A stretch of DNA of 64,000 nt from Octopus vulgaris (lineage: Eukaryota), in contig OX597834.1 of NCBI GenBank assembly GCA_951406725.2, positions 39,866,001 to 39,930,000 of the forward strand, read 5' to 3'. Shown one piece after another: positions 1-13,932 of the stretch (position 1 is the first letter of the stretch; each line of letters begins with the position of its first letter). The position numbers and the translations under genes were made by a program. Below the pieces are notes generated by a model, which saw only the letters and a program-made list of their open reading frames with translations, made no database searches and was not told where the DNA came from.

Positions 1-167
1 ACACACACATATATATGCACATATACATACACACACACACACATATATATACATATTTATATACACACACACACATATATACATATATATATATATAGAT
101 AGATATATAGTCAATTCAAATAACCAAATAGTTCAAATAAATGTGGATTTGCATAAGAAATGTTAAA

Positions 168-204
<37 letters not shown>

Positions 205-2199
205 GGTGGTGGTAGTAGTAGTAGTAGTATTTATAAGGGGGAGAAGTGGCAGAATCATTTGAACATCAGATAGAAAGTGCTGTGCTATTTGTTTTGAATC
301 TCTGCAATTTGAGTTCAAATCTGGGTCAGTTTTTGCCTTTCATCAGAATTATGGAAATTTAGTGCAGCACTTTTTCTCATTTTCTTTTCTGATTTTTGCC
401 TGGTTAAAAAATAAAAGGTTTTGCTCCTGTGTTCTTCTGTTTTCTCTGTCAGTCTGTCTGTCTGTCTCTCTCTCTCTCTCGCCCACTTGCTCCCTCTCAT
501 ACACAAACAGTTAATTACTGTCTCTTTCTCTCTCACACACACACACACACACACACCCATACAGTTAATTACTATCAGTTTCTCTGATCTCTCAATCTCT
601 CTCAATTTACTATTACCAGCTATAACACGAGAGAGAGAAAGATAGATATAGAGAGAGAGAGAAAGAGAGAGAGAGCGAAAGTGAGTGCAAGAGAGAGATA
701 ATGAGAAAGGGAAAGAGAGAGAGAATAAGAAAGCAAAAAAGAGAGAGAGAGAGATAAGAGATACATAAAGCTGCATTACTGTCATCATACCACCAGACTG
801 ATGGTTTACATCCCAATAAAGTCTTTACATTGATAACTGGTGTTTGTTTGGCTATCTTCCAGGATATGAGAAAGTATTTTTTATATTGTTATGGACACAC
901 ATGCACACACACATACACATACACATGTGTTTGTGAATGTATGCATATAAACAGAAATATACTGTAATAACATGTTTACAAATATATGCTGCCAGCCGCA
1001 GAGATAAAAACCAGATGCAATTTTAACAATATGGTTTAGGAAAAACACCTCAGGGGAACATTCTGCATATTAAACAGAATTAGAGTAGGGTATTACATAT
1101 AGTGAGTTGAAAAATTTCGATTAACTGACCTTACTGGAGTTATTATCTACTTCGCTTGTTTTTTAGATTCCAAATAACCCTAGAGGGAGTTTTTATCTAT
1201 TAATTACTAGGATTATCTCAATTGATCAAAGTTTTTCAACCTACAACATTGCATATGAAACCTTACCATGGAAGAAACTTTAACTGTTTACACACACACA
1301 CACACACCGTGTATACTGTGTTCTGTTCCTGTGATTATTTTATTTTATTATCCTGTTCTGTAAGGTTTATTTTTGATAGCTCCAACTATAGCTACAGAGA
1401 AGTCCCATTAACAGGTGTTCAAAACCACAATAAAGTTTAGTTGATGGCTGATGAGGGGAAGTTATTTGTTTATATTTGTCTTTTCATTTTAAATTCTTTG
1501 CATGTAAACTCTTGTTGAAAGACATTCTGCACTCCCTGTTTTTATCACATCCTGTAATTAGTTTTCGTTCTATTTTCCATTCCATAACTTTTATGAGTTC
1601 ATATCAGAAGCTGAACAAAAAAAATAGCCTCTAAAGTGTGTGCACATGAGTGTGTGTGTGTTTATAGCAGTGTTGTTGATGGCATTTCTCCTGTCAATGA
1701 TTTGTGTGTTCACTTCATATCTTGGAAGTCATGAGGAATACTTCAAAAGCAGGTAAGGGTTAGCATAAGACAGAGAATCCAGTAGTAAAAGAAATAATAC
1801 AGCAATACCATATTTGGGCATGTACACACACACACACACACACACACATAAAATAGACACATTTCTTTTCTGTCCTTTTTCTCTTATCTGTTGTTTCCAT
1901 AGAAGCATATAAACAAATAAGCAGACAGACACACCAACAGACAGATAGATACATGGATATATGCATGGATGTAACAGGCTTCTTACAGTTTCCGCCTTCT
2001 AAATCCACTCACAAGGCTTTGGTTCGCCTAGGGCTATAGTTGAAGACACTGACACAAGGTGCCACACATTGGAACTGAAACCCCAAGGTACAAGGTTGGG
2101 AAGCAAAATTCTCAACCACATCATTGTTTCGAGATGTTCGCTTCAAACGTTAAACAATTCTTTCAATTTTCCTGAGAATCAACCTTAATACATCTTGTT

Positions 2200-2591
2200 T
2201 ACTCTTTTTACTCTTTACTTGTTTCAGTCATTTGACTGTGGCCATGCTGGAGCACCGCCTTTAGTCGAGCAAATCGACCCCGGGACTTATTCTTTGTAAG
2301 TCCAGTACATATTCTATCGGTCTCTTTTGCCGAACCGCTAAGTGACGGGGACGTAAACACACCAGCATCGGTTGTCAAGCAATGCTAGGGGGACAAACAC
2401 AGACACACAAACACACTTATATATATACGACAGGCTTCTTTCAGTTTCCGTCTACCAAATCCACTCACAAGGCTTTGGTCAACCCGAGGCTATAGCAGAA
2501 GACAGTTGCCCAAGATGCCACGCAGTGGGACTGAACCCGGAACCATGTGGTTGGTTAGCAAGCTACTTACCACACAGCCACTCCTGCGCCT
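2200..2591 (-). mobile_element. tRNA-derived SINE family A, full length
   Basis: Head GGCGCAGGAGTGGCTGTGTGGTAAG (A box) and GGTTCAGTCCC (B box), (GAGTAAAA)n tail, TSD atcttgttt. Confidence 0.9.
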
Positions 2592-2962
2592 ATCTTGTTT
2601 GGTTTTTAAAAAAAATTTTTTTTTACCTATATATGAAACACCTTATTTATTTTTAATCAGCAGAAATTACAAAAGTGATGCAAAAGAGAGGAGAGTTTTG
2701 TACTTGCCACTTATCAGACTAACTTCAAAGTAGATAGTCTCTTTCTTATAAAGAGTAAATTACAGTTTTTTTTTTCTTCTTCTAGAATGCAAAATTAAAA
2801 ATTAATAAATGAAGGTCACATGAGGATTGCAAGTTTTTCAATAATCTTCCTGTTAATCAGAGAGTGATCTTGAAAAGAAATAAAAATGTAACATGTTTCT
2901 ATTTCTGTGTGTATATGCAAGCATGGAAAATTGGATGTTAAAATAATGATGACGATGAAGAT

Positions 2963-3040
<78 letters not shown>

Positions 3041-3118
3041 CACATATACATATGCATATATATATATATATATATAAATATATATGTATATATATATATG
3101 CATATGTATATATATGTA

Positions 3119-3178
<60 letters not shown>

Positions 3179-3759
3179 ATCAGCATACATACACACAGCT
3201 TTATCTCCTCTCAAGACTATTCTCTGTTTTGCAGACAGTCTATTTGAAAATTTGCAATTTTCTCATGACCCCCTCCAAAATTAATTTTTAATCAAATATT
3301 CCAGAAAGAATTAAAATTCAATCAATACAAGAACTGAACTATCAGATTTAAAGTGAGCTTCATAAATTCCATGCTTGACACTCTTGGTTTCTGAGCCACC
3401 TTGGTAACTTTCTATCAGTTAAAGAATAAGAAATAAGAAAGTATACAGATTTCGATGTAGAGAGTTCTATTTCTCCTGTTTGTTCTGCCAAACCTAGATG
3501 CATGTGGGTGTATAACAAATAGAATTAAAAACAGAACACAAAGGATATCGCGGTACATTGGCTTCAACTCCGACCTCCAGACGTCTTCGGAATCTCCTGC
3601 AACTTTTCTGGACAGTTTCCTTGTTTTATATCATTCAATTTGGTCAGCCAAAAATTGGATCATGCTATAGTTACTTGTAAGGTACCACATGCCTGGATTT
3701 CATGTCCCTATCCATTCATACTATATATATACGTATAGATATGTATTATATTATATTAC

Positions 3760-3826
3760 CTGATTGACCCAGAGATATAGAGAGAAGTTGTCAACTTACC
3801 TGCAAAGAGAAAAAAAAAAAAAAAAA
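3760..3826 (-). other. Recursive splice site (ratchet point) with 40-nt cryptic RS-exon
   Basis: Minus strand reads T-run(~17)-CTCTTTGCAG|GTAAGTTGA with the junction at 3800/3799. A second donor CAG|GTAATA lies 40 nt downstream at 3760/3759. Confidence 0.65.
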
Positions 3827-4295
3827 TGATTGAATATTTACAAATAGAAAGACATTTCTGTTTTTTTGAAGTGGGGAAAAAAGGGGGAAGAAATATATAC
3901 ATAATATACATAAAAGAATGTGGGAAATGTAAAAGTATTTTTAGCACCATATTTTTCAGAATATAAGCCAAATTTTTCAGACCAAAATTTATAAGAAAAA
4001 AAAAAAAATTGGTAGGTTAACTTAATCATTAAGTTGACTTTCAAGAACCAAAAGTTCCGTGTGAAATGCAGCAGGGTTTAGAAAGATAATGACGATGCTT
4101 GGATGATTACACAACATATTTCCATTACATATTACAGTGAGTTGTATGCCTGAAAATATCTAAACCTGTTAGCATTCAGGTTACTTTATTAAATGTAATG
4201 CTTATTTTCTCATTAATCAAACATTGTCTCAAAAGTAATATCCTTTACACCAGGAACTGTAAAATTATATACATCATCAACCATAATATTACACA

Positions 4296-5578
4296 TTGGG
4301 TCATCCCATAAATAACGCAGTTTTTTCAGATGCACGAACTAAAAGTCAGAGGAGGGATGGGTTAAACTACCTGCATCAACTTGTTATAAAAGCAGGTAGT
4401 AATTTTATCTTGGCCTTATTCTTAGTGCAAGTTTTGAAGAGTGCAGTTCGATTTTAACAGTTATTTTTCCAAAGCTATAATGGAGGTGACAAAGGAGCAT
4501 TATTCAGCACATTTTGCTTTGTGATTTCAATAAAGGCAACAATGGAAAGTGCGAGGAATATTAATGCAGTATATGGGGATCGGACAATAAGCAGAAGCTG
4601 GTGTCAATGGTGGTTCCAGAAATTCTGAGCTGGAAACTGCAGCCTAGAAGACAAGCCTTGTCCTGGAAGATCTGTAGAACTCAACAAGGATGTCCTGCAA
4701 ATCCTGTGGAACAAAATCCCATCGTAACTGTTGAGGAACTAGCAGAGAAGCTTGGATTTGGTCATTCAACCATTCATTGACACCTCTGTGCCACCGGAAA
4801 AGTCAGAAAATTGGGTCAATGGGTTAATCACAAACTTTCTGAGTCTATTCGTGTACAGAGAGTGAATGTGTGCTCTGCTTTGCTGTCAAGTCTCATGAAT
4901 GAACCATTCTGGACCAAATAGTGACTGGTGATGAGAGATGGGTTCCCTATGAAAATGTGAAGCGCTGAAGACAGTGGGTTGAGAAAATATAAACACCGGC
5001 ACCCCAGGTTAAAGAAAGTCTTCATCCATGTAAGATGTTGTTGTCTGTTTGGTGGGATATGAAAGGTTTAGTCCACTTTGAACTTTTAAACCCAAACCAA
5101 ATGATAACAAAAGAGATCTACTGTGAGCAGCGTGAGTGGCTTAAGTCAGCACTAGAAGAAAAACAACCATCTTTGGTTTCAAGACGAAAGGTGTTCATCC
5201 ATCAGGATAATACTCGGCCATAAACAGCAAGGATGATATTCCAAAAGCAGGAACAATTTGAATGGGAAACGATGCCCCACCCGCCATTTTCACCAGACAG
5301 TGCCCCATTTGATTATCATTTATTCTGCAGTCTTCAAAATCATTTGGATGGAAAAAAATATGAATTCTGTAAATGACGTCAGAACAGTACTGGATGAGTA
5401 TTTTTCGTCACGTACAAGTGAAGTTTGGAAGAGGGGCCTTGCAAGTCTACCAGATAGATGGAAGAGCATTGTAGAAAATGAAGGAGAGTATATTTTAGAT
5501 TAAAAAAGAACTTTGTTTATTTTAATTTTTGAAAATAAAAGAAGTATAAAAAACTGCATTATTTATGGGATGACCCAA
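4296..5578 (+). mobile_element. Full-length (1283 bp) decayed mariner DNA transposon
   Basis: ~31-bp TIRs TTGGGTCATCCCATAAATAA.../...TTATTTATGGGATGACCCAA, with TA after the right end. Confidence 0.95.
4480..5503 (+). pseudogene. Frameshifted mariner (D,D34D) transposase
   Basis: Motifs WV(N)HKL, IVTGDERW, LSVWWD, HQDNTRP and PFSPDSAPFDYHLF (YSPDLAP-like) spread over several frames with stops. Confidence 0.92.
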
Positions 5579-5591
5579 TACATAAATATAT

Positions 5592-5900
5592 TTTTTTATG
5601 CGCCCTTTTCAAGCCTAGCCAGTCTCATGGGCCCGGTTTCTTGGTTTCTATGGCGTATGTGTTCCCCCCAGCTGGACGGGATGCCAGTCCATTGCAGTGT
5701 TACTCAAGAAACAGCAAGAAAGAGTGAGAGAAAGTTGGGCCGAAAGAGTACAAAAGGGGTTGCCACCACCCCCTGCCGGAGCCTCATGGAGCTTTAGGTG
5801 TTTTTGCTCAATAAACATACACAATGCCCAGCCTGGGAATCGAAACCACGATCCTATGACAGCAAATCCGCTGCCCTAACCACTGGGCCATTGCGCCTCC
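5592..5900 (-). mobile_element. SINE family C variant with TSD cataaatat. Other C-type copies at ~17320-17577, 20058-20277, 26905-27250, 30085-30192, 30968-31228, 35762-35930.
   Basis: tRNA-like head on the minus strand; 3' part matches the plus-strand copy at 31130-31228. Confidence 0.82.
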
Positions 5901-6250
5901 ATAAATATTATCTGCAATAATATTTTACACACCATAAACAGTAATTTTATACACACTACAGACAGCAATATTTTACATGCCATCAATAGTAACATTATAT
6001 ATGCCATTAACAGTAATACTATCTACATTATTGAAAGTAATATTATATACACACCAAACAACAGTTGTACTATACATACCAGCATACAAACCAACAGTAA
6101 TTATGTGTCATGAATGGCAATATAATATATACTAAGAACAGTATATTTTGTACATACCAACAGTAATATTATATATGTCATCAACCATATTGTATATACC
6201 AATAATTGAAGTATTATATACTCCAACAACTCTTATATTCTATACACCTT
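5900..6250. repeat. Degenerate ~26-bp minisatellite (aacagtaatattatatacacca), also at ~4228-4295
   Basis: Same unit on both sides of the mariner+SINE insertion. Confidence 0.75.
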
Positions 6251-6499
6251 TTGCCATTAAATAGTCACAAATTATTTGTAAATTATAGAAAAAAATAATT
6301 CTGGAGAATGAAAAGATAGAGAGATAGACAGACAGAGAGGGGGAGAGAGATAGATACAGTGAGGGGAGAGAGGAGAGAGAGACACAGTGGGAGGGAGAGT
6401 GCTATAGTAGAAGCACTTGCCCAAGGTGCCACGCAGTGGGACTGAACCGAGAACCATGTGGTTGGTAAGCAAGTTACTTACCACACAGCCACTCCTGCA

Positions 6500-6577
<78 letters not shown>

Positions 6578-7202
6578 AATAACTTTTATTTTTTATATAT
6601 TTATTTTTAAATGCCTTTGTTAATTTTTTATATTTTAATTTTTTTAATACTTTTGTTAATCTTTTTTATATATCTATTTTTAAATGCTTTTGTGAATTTT
6701 TTATATTTCTATTCTTTAATACTTTTGTTAAATTTTACATATATATATATTTATTTTTTTTCATACTTTTGTTAAATTTTACATATATATATATATTTAT
6801 TTTTTTTAATACTTTTGTTAATTTTTGTAACAATGGAGATTTCGTTTCAGTCTGTTCTTTCCCCCAAATCTACAAGATAATTAAATCACCTCAATTCTTC
6901 CTTTACGCTCGATTAATTAACCCCCACCCAGTAACAAACGGCTATTAAGTATGATCTATCATACTTTTTGACCCATTATAATTCTTCCTCTGTCTCTTTC
7001 ATTTCTTCCTTTCTTTCTTTCTTCTAAGTACTCCCCCCCATCGACCCAAACACTTTCAGGTTTTACAGTCACTAAATTCTACTCTGATGGAACCAGTAAA
7101 TTCTTCCATTTCATGTTTTTTTATTATTTTTTCTGCAATGGAAGTAAGAGTTTGGTGATTCAAAGAGGACCAAAATTTCTATGTAATGACTTTTTTTTTT
7201 TC

Positions 7203-7255
<53 letters not shown>

Positions 7256-8339
7256 AAAAAAAAAGAATTTGCTCTTCAAAGATTTTCTAGATGAAAGAGG
7301 TTTTTCTCTCTAAGAACGGTAAATTAGGTTAAAATAGAATTGACTGGGGAAGAATCTGCAATTGTAAGCTGAAATGGAAATAAGCTGGGGGGGGGGGAAA
7401 GAAAAGATAGAGAGATAGACAGACAGAGAGGGAGGAGAGAGAGAGAGAGAGTGAGATATATATACAGAGGGAGAGAGGTGAGAGAGATAGACAAAAAAGG
7501 GAGGGAGAGAGAGATACACAATGAGGGGAAAGAGGAGAGCAACAGAGAGGGAGGGGAAGAGACAGAGAGGGAGAGAAGAGAGACAGACATAGATATATAG
7601 ATGGAGATAGGTGAAAGACAGAGAGGGAGGAGAGACAGACAGGAGAGAGAGAGAGAGAGAGTGAGAGGAGAGAGAGATGGAGAGGGAGGGGAGAGAGAGA
7701 CATAGATATACAGAGGGAGAGAGAGAGAGAGACAGGGAGAAAGGAGAGAGACGGAGAGGAAGGGATATGCAGTGAGAGGAGAGAGAGGAAGGAAATAGAG
7801 ACAGAGAGAAGGGGAACAGAGAAAGAGAGAGCAAGAGAGAGAGAAATAGGGAGAGTAGGAGGGAGAGAATAGGTGACAGAAGGAGATAGATAGACAGATA
7901 GATAGACAAAGAGAGAGAGAGAGAACTACACTTGTACAACCAACAAGAGAGTCTCTGCAAGATAGAGAATTGGAAGAATATGACCATATGTTTAAAGAAT
8001 ACAGAAACATACAAAGAATTGGATCAGAAAGAAGAAAGATTTTACCATCAATGGAATTATTGGTTTTGGGGGTAAAACAAAAAACAAAAAGAAAAGATAA
8101 AAGAAAAAGAACTTTTTAACCCAGACTTAAAGGTCCACCAGGCAGAAGTGCATCATGGGAAATTCCCCTCCGCCCACACAACAATCTTTATTTTGATTTG
8201 TCTCGTTCGAATCAGAGAATATTTTTCACTCAAAAATCTTCATTCTGTCAATCCGCTTCGATCTAGTACGAAAAATCAAATCACGATGCACACATACATA
8301 CACATACATATATATATATATATATACATACATATATAT

Positions 8340-8662
8340 GTGAAGGTGCATGGCTCAGTGGTTAGAGCGTTGAGCTTACGATCGTGAGGTTGTGAGTTCG
8401 AATCCCGGACCGGGCTGTGTGTTGTGTTCTTGAGCAAGACACTTTATTTCATGTTGCTCCAGTTCACTCAGATGTAGAAATGAGTTGCTATGTCACTGGT
8501 ACCAAGCCTATATCGGCCCCTTTGCCTTTCCCTTGGATAACATCGGTGGAGTTGAGAGGGGAGGCTACTTGTCTTCCATAAACAACCTTGCCCGGACTTG
8601 TGCTTGAGAGGGTAACTTTCTAGGTGCAATCCCATGGTCAGTCATGACCGAAGGGGGTCTCC
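8340..8662 (+). mobile_element. tRNA-derived SINE family C
   Basis: TGGCTCAGTGGTTAGAGC A box, GAGTTCGAATCCC B box, core gttcttgagcaagacacttt. Confidence 0.88.
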
Positions 8663-9248
8663 GAACTCAGAATATACACACACACACACACACATATGTA
8701 CATATGCATATATATACACACACATATATACATATACACATATATATACACATATACATACACATACACACATATATATACATAATTATATAAGCAAAAC
8801 GGCTAGTTCTAATATCTCAAGAAGAGATCAGAGTAGTAACTACACTAACAAGTAAAGTTAATCCCCACTTCTGAGTCAGTTTCATGATCCTGTTGTCTGC
8901 TAGAGGATGGTAGGGTTCGTTCCCCCCAGCTAGCAATATATAGGGTTCCGTGCTGCACCTAGCAGAAGATCTGCCTGGTGTTAAATAGTCACAAGAAACA
9001 GCCACTTTGATGTGACGATTAACTTTACTTATATATATATATATATGTGTATATATATATATATATATGTGTATATATATATATATATCACTACACTCAT
9101 GGAGTGGTTGGCGTTAGGAAGGGCATCCAGCTGTAGAAACACTGCCAGATCAGACTGGAGCCTGGTGCAGCCTCCTGGCTTCCCAGACCCCGGTCGAACC
9201 GTCCAACCCATGCCAGCATGGAAAACGGATATTAAACGATGATGATGA

Positions 9249-9287
<39 letters not shown>

Positions 9288-9568
9288 GAGAAATATATAA
9301 GAGAAATAAGAAAATGGAGATGAGTAACAATTATTTACTAATTAATTACAAAATTAGAGATGATGTCCAATTTTGTAATTAATTAAAAAATAATTATTAA
9401 TTATCTCTATTTTCTTAAATATATATAAACATTAGTTTATCTAATTACCTTACATTTGAATATTAAATATAATATTTAATACTTACTGGAATAGGTAATA
9501 AACCAGTATATTCATTAGATTTTATTCTCCCTTAATGAGGTATTTAACCTTTAATTGAACTCATACAT

Positions 9569-9623
<55 letters not shown>

Positions 9624-9952
9624 TATAAATATAGAGGCAATTATGTGGATAAACAAATTAAATATATAACGGCTTGGGTCTGATATATAAGATATGTATA
9701 AATGTATACATATATACATATTTTGTATATCAAACCCAAGCTGTCATATTTAATTTGCTTATCCGCATAATTGCCTCCATACCTGCTCACCTTGATTCCT
9801 CTTATAAACTGCTCTTTACCCCATGGAATTGGTCTCTTGTAAAGAATGACATTGGAGCCTTAAATTTGAATCATTTGAGCGTTAATAGATGTTTTCTATT
9901 CTGAGAATCTCTGGATTTCATCTGTTGACTATATACACATATAAATATATAC

Positions 9953-10425
9953 AAGGTGGCGAGCTGGCAGAATCGTTAACACACCGGGCGAAATGCTTAG
10001 CGGTATTTCGTCTGTCATTACGTTCAGAGTTCAAATTCCGCCGAGGTTCACTTTGCCGTTCATCCTTTCGGGGTCGATAAAGTACCTATTTCTTTACTAC
10101 CCACAAGGGGCTAAACACAGAGAGGACAAACAAGAACAGACAAACGGATTAAGTCGATTATATCGACCCCAGTGTGTAACTGGTACTTAATTAATCGACC
10201 CCGAAAGGATGAAAGGCAAAGTCGACCTCGGCGGAATTTGAACTCAGAACGCAGCAGCAGACGAAATACCGCTAAGCATTTCGCCTGGCGTGCTAACGTC
10301 TCTGCCAGCTCGCCGCCTTAAATAAAGTACCAGTTTCACACTGGGGTCGATGTAATCGACTTAGTCCCTTTGTCAGTCCTTATTTATCTCCTCTGTGTTT
10401 ATCCCCTTGTGGGTAGTAAAGAAAT
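9953..10425. mobile_element. SINE family B with a second B copy nested in the opposite orientation (10087-10319)
   Basis: Head GGCGAGCTGGCAGAA..GAGTTCAAATTCC; TSD ataaagtacc flanks the inner copy. Confidence 0.9.
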
Positions 10426-10595
10426 ATATATATATACACATATAAATATACACATGTGTAGACACACACATATTCATATATACATATGTATATATTGCAT
10501 ACACTAACTTTTTTCTATTTATGGTAGGATGCACATGTCTTTTGGAAAATCGAAGTGGAGCATGAGATTAAATGGTTCAAGAAACACTGATGTAC

Positions 10596-10668
10596 CTGTT
10601 CCCCCCATTTTGTTAATTCACTTTGACACAGTAACACAGTTCCAGAAGAAATCTGAAGTTCAGTATGT
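10596..10668 (-). other. Weak candidate 73-nt exon
   Basis: Acceptor cttttattccag and weak donor CAG|GTACAT; open only phase 2 to phase 0. Confidence 0.12.
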
Positions 10669-13331
10669 CTGGAATAAAAGACCAGTAGCAACTACCGGCA
10701 GACATTCCTCCCATCAGTCGCATGCTTTGCAGATCAGCTGAAGCGCAGCTTGCCAAATATACATGTCATCATTGCTGTCATCATCACTGACAGTAACAGA
10801 ACTGAAACATACAAGCCCAAAATGGATCCTCTGTTTTACTGACTTTTAGTAGAGGGTGTAAAGTGGAATCCAGCAAGAATTGAACCGAGAACATCATGGA
10901 ACAGAACTAAAAACTACTAACAACAACAACAACAATTCTTTCTATTATTAAGTGCAAGGCCTGATATTTCAAGGGACGGGGAAGGTCAATTACAATGACC
11001 CCAGTACTTTTACTGACCTTTACAGAGAGTGTAAAGTGGAATCCAGCAAGAATTGAACCCAGAACACAACAATAATAATAATAATAATAACAATAATAAT
11101 AATAATAATAAATCCCTTCCTCTCCGTATCTCTCCTTTCTGCCTGTCTCTGTCTCTTCCCCCTCCCTCTCTGTCTCTCTCCTCTTTCGCCTCATTGTGTA
11201 TCTCTCTCTCCCTCCCTTTTCTGTCTATCTCTCTCACCTCTCTCCTGTATATCTAGATCTCTGTCTCCTCCCTTCTACTATAGACACAAGGCCTGGATTT
11301 TTGTTGGGGTTGGAAACAATTGATGACATCGACCCCAGTACTTGACTGGTACTTAATTCATTGACCCCGAAAGGGTGAAAAGCAAAAACCGACCTTGGTG
11401 GAATATGAACTCAGAATGAAGCAGCGGGCGAAATACTGCTAAGCATTTCGTCCGGTGCGCTAACGATTCTGCCAGTTCACTGCCTTAATGATGATGATGA
11501 TGATAATAATAATGATGATAATAATAATAACAACAAAACAGGCCCAAAGCAAGGAAGGCACAAACCACAGTAAAAGAGGAAGACAGTAGCTGTCAGCTCA
11601 GATACTCCAAATTGAAACAAATGGGGAACATTATAAGTTCCGGTGAAGGGGAGGTGGTGGTGGTGGTGTGTTGGTGGTGGTGGTGGTGGTGTGGTTGGGG
11701 TGGTGGTGTGTTGGGGTGGTGGTGAGGGAAAGGGAACATCCACATCTTAATAGAGCTGGCCTTTGTGTCTGTCTTTCCTGCTCCACCCCACTAACCCGTC
11801 CTCCCCTATTGGCACTACATATACAGATACACACACACATTTATATGTATATATATATATATATATATTTACACACATGTGCATACACATATGCCTAGAT
11901 ACACATATACACACACACACACATATACATGTATGTACATGCTTACATCCATCCCAAAATACAGACACACATTATGCACACAGGTGCGCACAAACATCCA
12001 TTGACATACACACACACACACACACACGTATATGCTTACATCCATTCAAAAATACACATACATACACACAGATACGTACTATATATACAGACACACACAT
12101 ACATATACACACACGTATATATACACACACGTATATATACACACACATGTCCCAAAATACACATACATACACACAGATACATACTATATATACAGACACA
12201 CACACACGTCCCAAAATAGAGAGAGGGGAGTGAGAGGGAGAGAGAGAGTGAAAGCGAAGAGAGAGAAAAAAGAAAACAGAAAGAAGGAAAGAAAGAAAGG
12301 AGAGAAAGAAAGAAAGAAAGACACACACATATACACACACGTCCCAAAATACACACACATACATACATTTGTACCAAAATACAGAGAGGGGGATTGAGAG
12401 GGAGACAGAGAGAGTGAAAGAGAGGAAGAGAGAGGAAAAAGAAAACAGAAAGAAGGAAAGGAAAGAAAGAAGGAAAGAAAGAAGAGAAAGAAAAGAAAGA
12501 AGGAAAGAAAGAAAGAAAGAAGGAAAGAAAGAGAGAAAGACACACTGCTGAAAGTGTGTTATGAAATAGATCAGAGTGAGGAGGACAGCAGAAAGTGACA
12601 GAGGCGTGGGGGGGGAGGGGGAGGGGGGGAGCTGGGGGAGTTTGAAATAAATAAATAAACAAAATACAAAAAAGAAAATTCAAATAAAGAACAAACACCA
12701 GAAATAAAACAGAATTATTGTTGCTGTTGCTGTTGTTGTTGTTAAATAACAACCTGCAGCTATTTTATGGCTGTTAATGCTGAGAAAATAAATTACACAG
12801 TATGAGGCGAAAGAGGGTTGGCGGGGGGGAACGGACAGGGACTGGATGGGCGTGGGTGGATGCGCTGGTGGGTGGTGACGGTGGGGCAGTTCATTTGATA
12901 AGGAAACTAGGGGTGGGGAGGAGACTAGGGGGGGGCAGGATGAGAGTAGGGGCAGGGATCAGCAAGATGGAAGAAGCTCCACCATGTCTTCTGACTGTCT
13001 GCCATCCAGAGTGAAGAAGACCTCAGCAGGAGATACCCCAAGATAAAATACCCCAACACCCAAGAAAGGCCCACCCAATGAGGTAATGATCGTTGCTTTG
13101 CTTTCAACTGAGGTTTCCTTTTGCTCTGATTTCTCTATCTCTCTCTCTCTCCCTCTCTCTATATCTATCCATCTATCTATTTATCCATCCATCCACCTAT
13201 CTATCTATCTATCGATCTATCTATCCATCCATCCATCCATCTATTTATCTGTCTATCTATCTATCTATCTACCTATCTGTCTGTCTGTCTGTCTATCTGT
13301 CTGACTGTCTATCTAAATGTCTGTCTATCCC

Positions 13332-13364
<33 letters not shown>

Positions 13365-13372
13365 GAGTCAAG

Positions 13373-13431
<59 letters not shown>

Positions 13432-13932
13432 AGACAAGCTGTCTCTCTCTCTCATGCTGTCTGTTTGTCTCTCTCACAGTCAATTCTCTCTGTCACACAC
13501 ATCCTTACTTCTCTCTCTCTCTCTCTCTCTCTCCCTCTCTCTCACACACACACACACAACCGTTCCCCCTCTCTCCCAGATATGATTCTTCAGTGAAATA
13601 TTTAGTAAACACAAAAGTATTACCAAAAAAATAAAGAAAAACCAAAAAAAACCCAAAACAAAAACCAAAAGAGACTCTGCCATGTTATTTTACACCTTGG
13701 CACCAGAATGCCACAGAGAACATATCTTTTGGTGACGTACGGATCTCAGTGCCTCCCTCTGGTAGGACATTTATAGAACTGCCACACTCCAGCACCACGG
13801 CTACAATATCACAACACCTGCTACTTCTCACAGCATCACACCATCACAACAACACCAGGGTACTTGATAAAAGGCATGAACATCACACACTCTCGTACAT
13901 GAAAACTGCTTGGTTGAGAAACAAATTTCTTA

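Noticed and set aside
1447-1470. CTGATGAG as a hammerhead core (also ~36253)
   Set aside because: No pairing stem II/GAAA/NUH arrangement found
4480-5503. Active or domesticated transposase (SETMAR-like)
   Set aside because: Multiple stops and frameshifts
8343-8420. tRNA gene
   Set aside because: The tRNA-like head continues into a SINE body seen in multiple diverged copies; no acceptor stem or terminator
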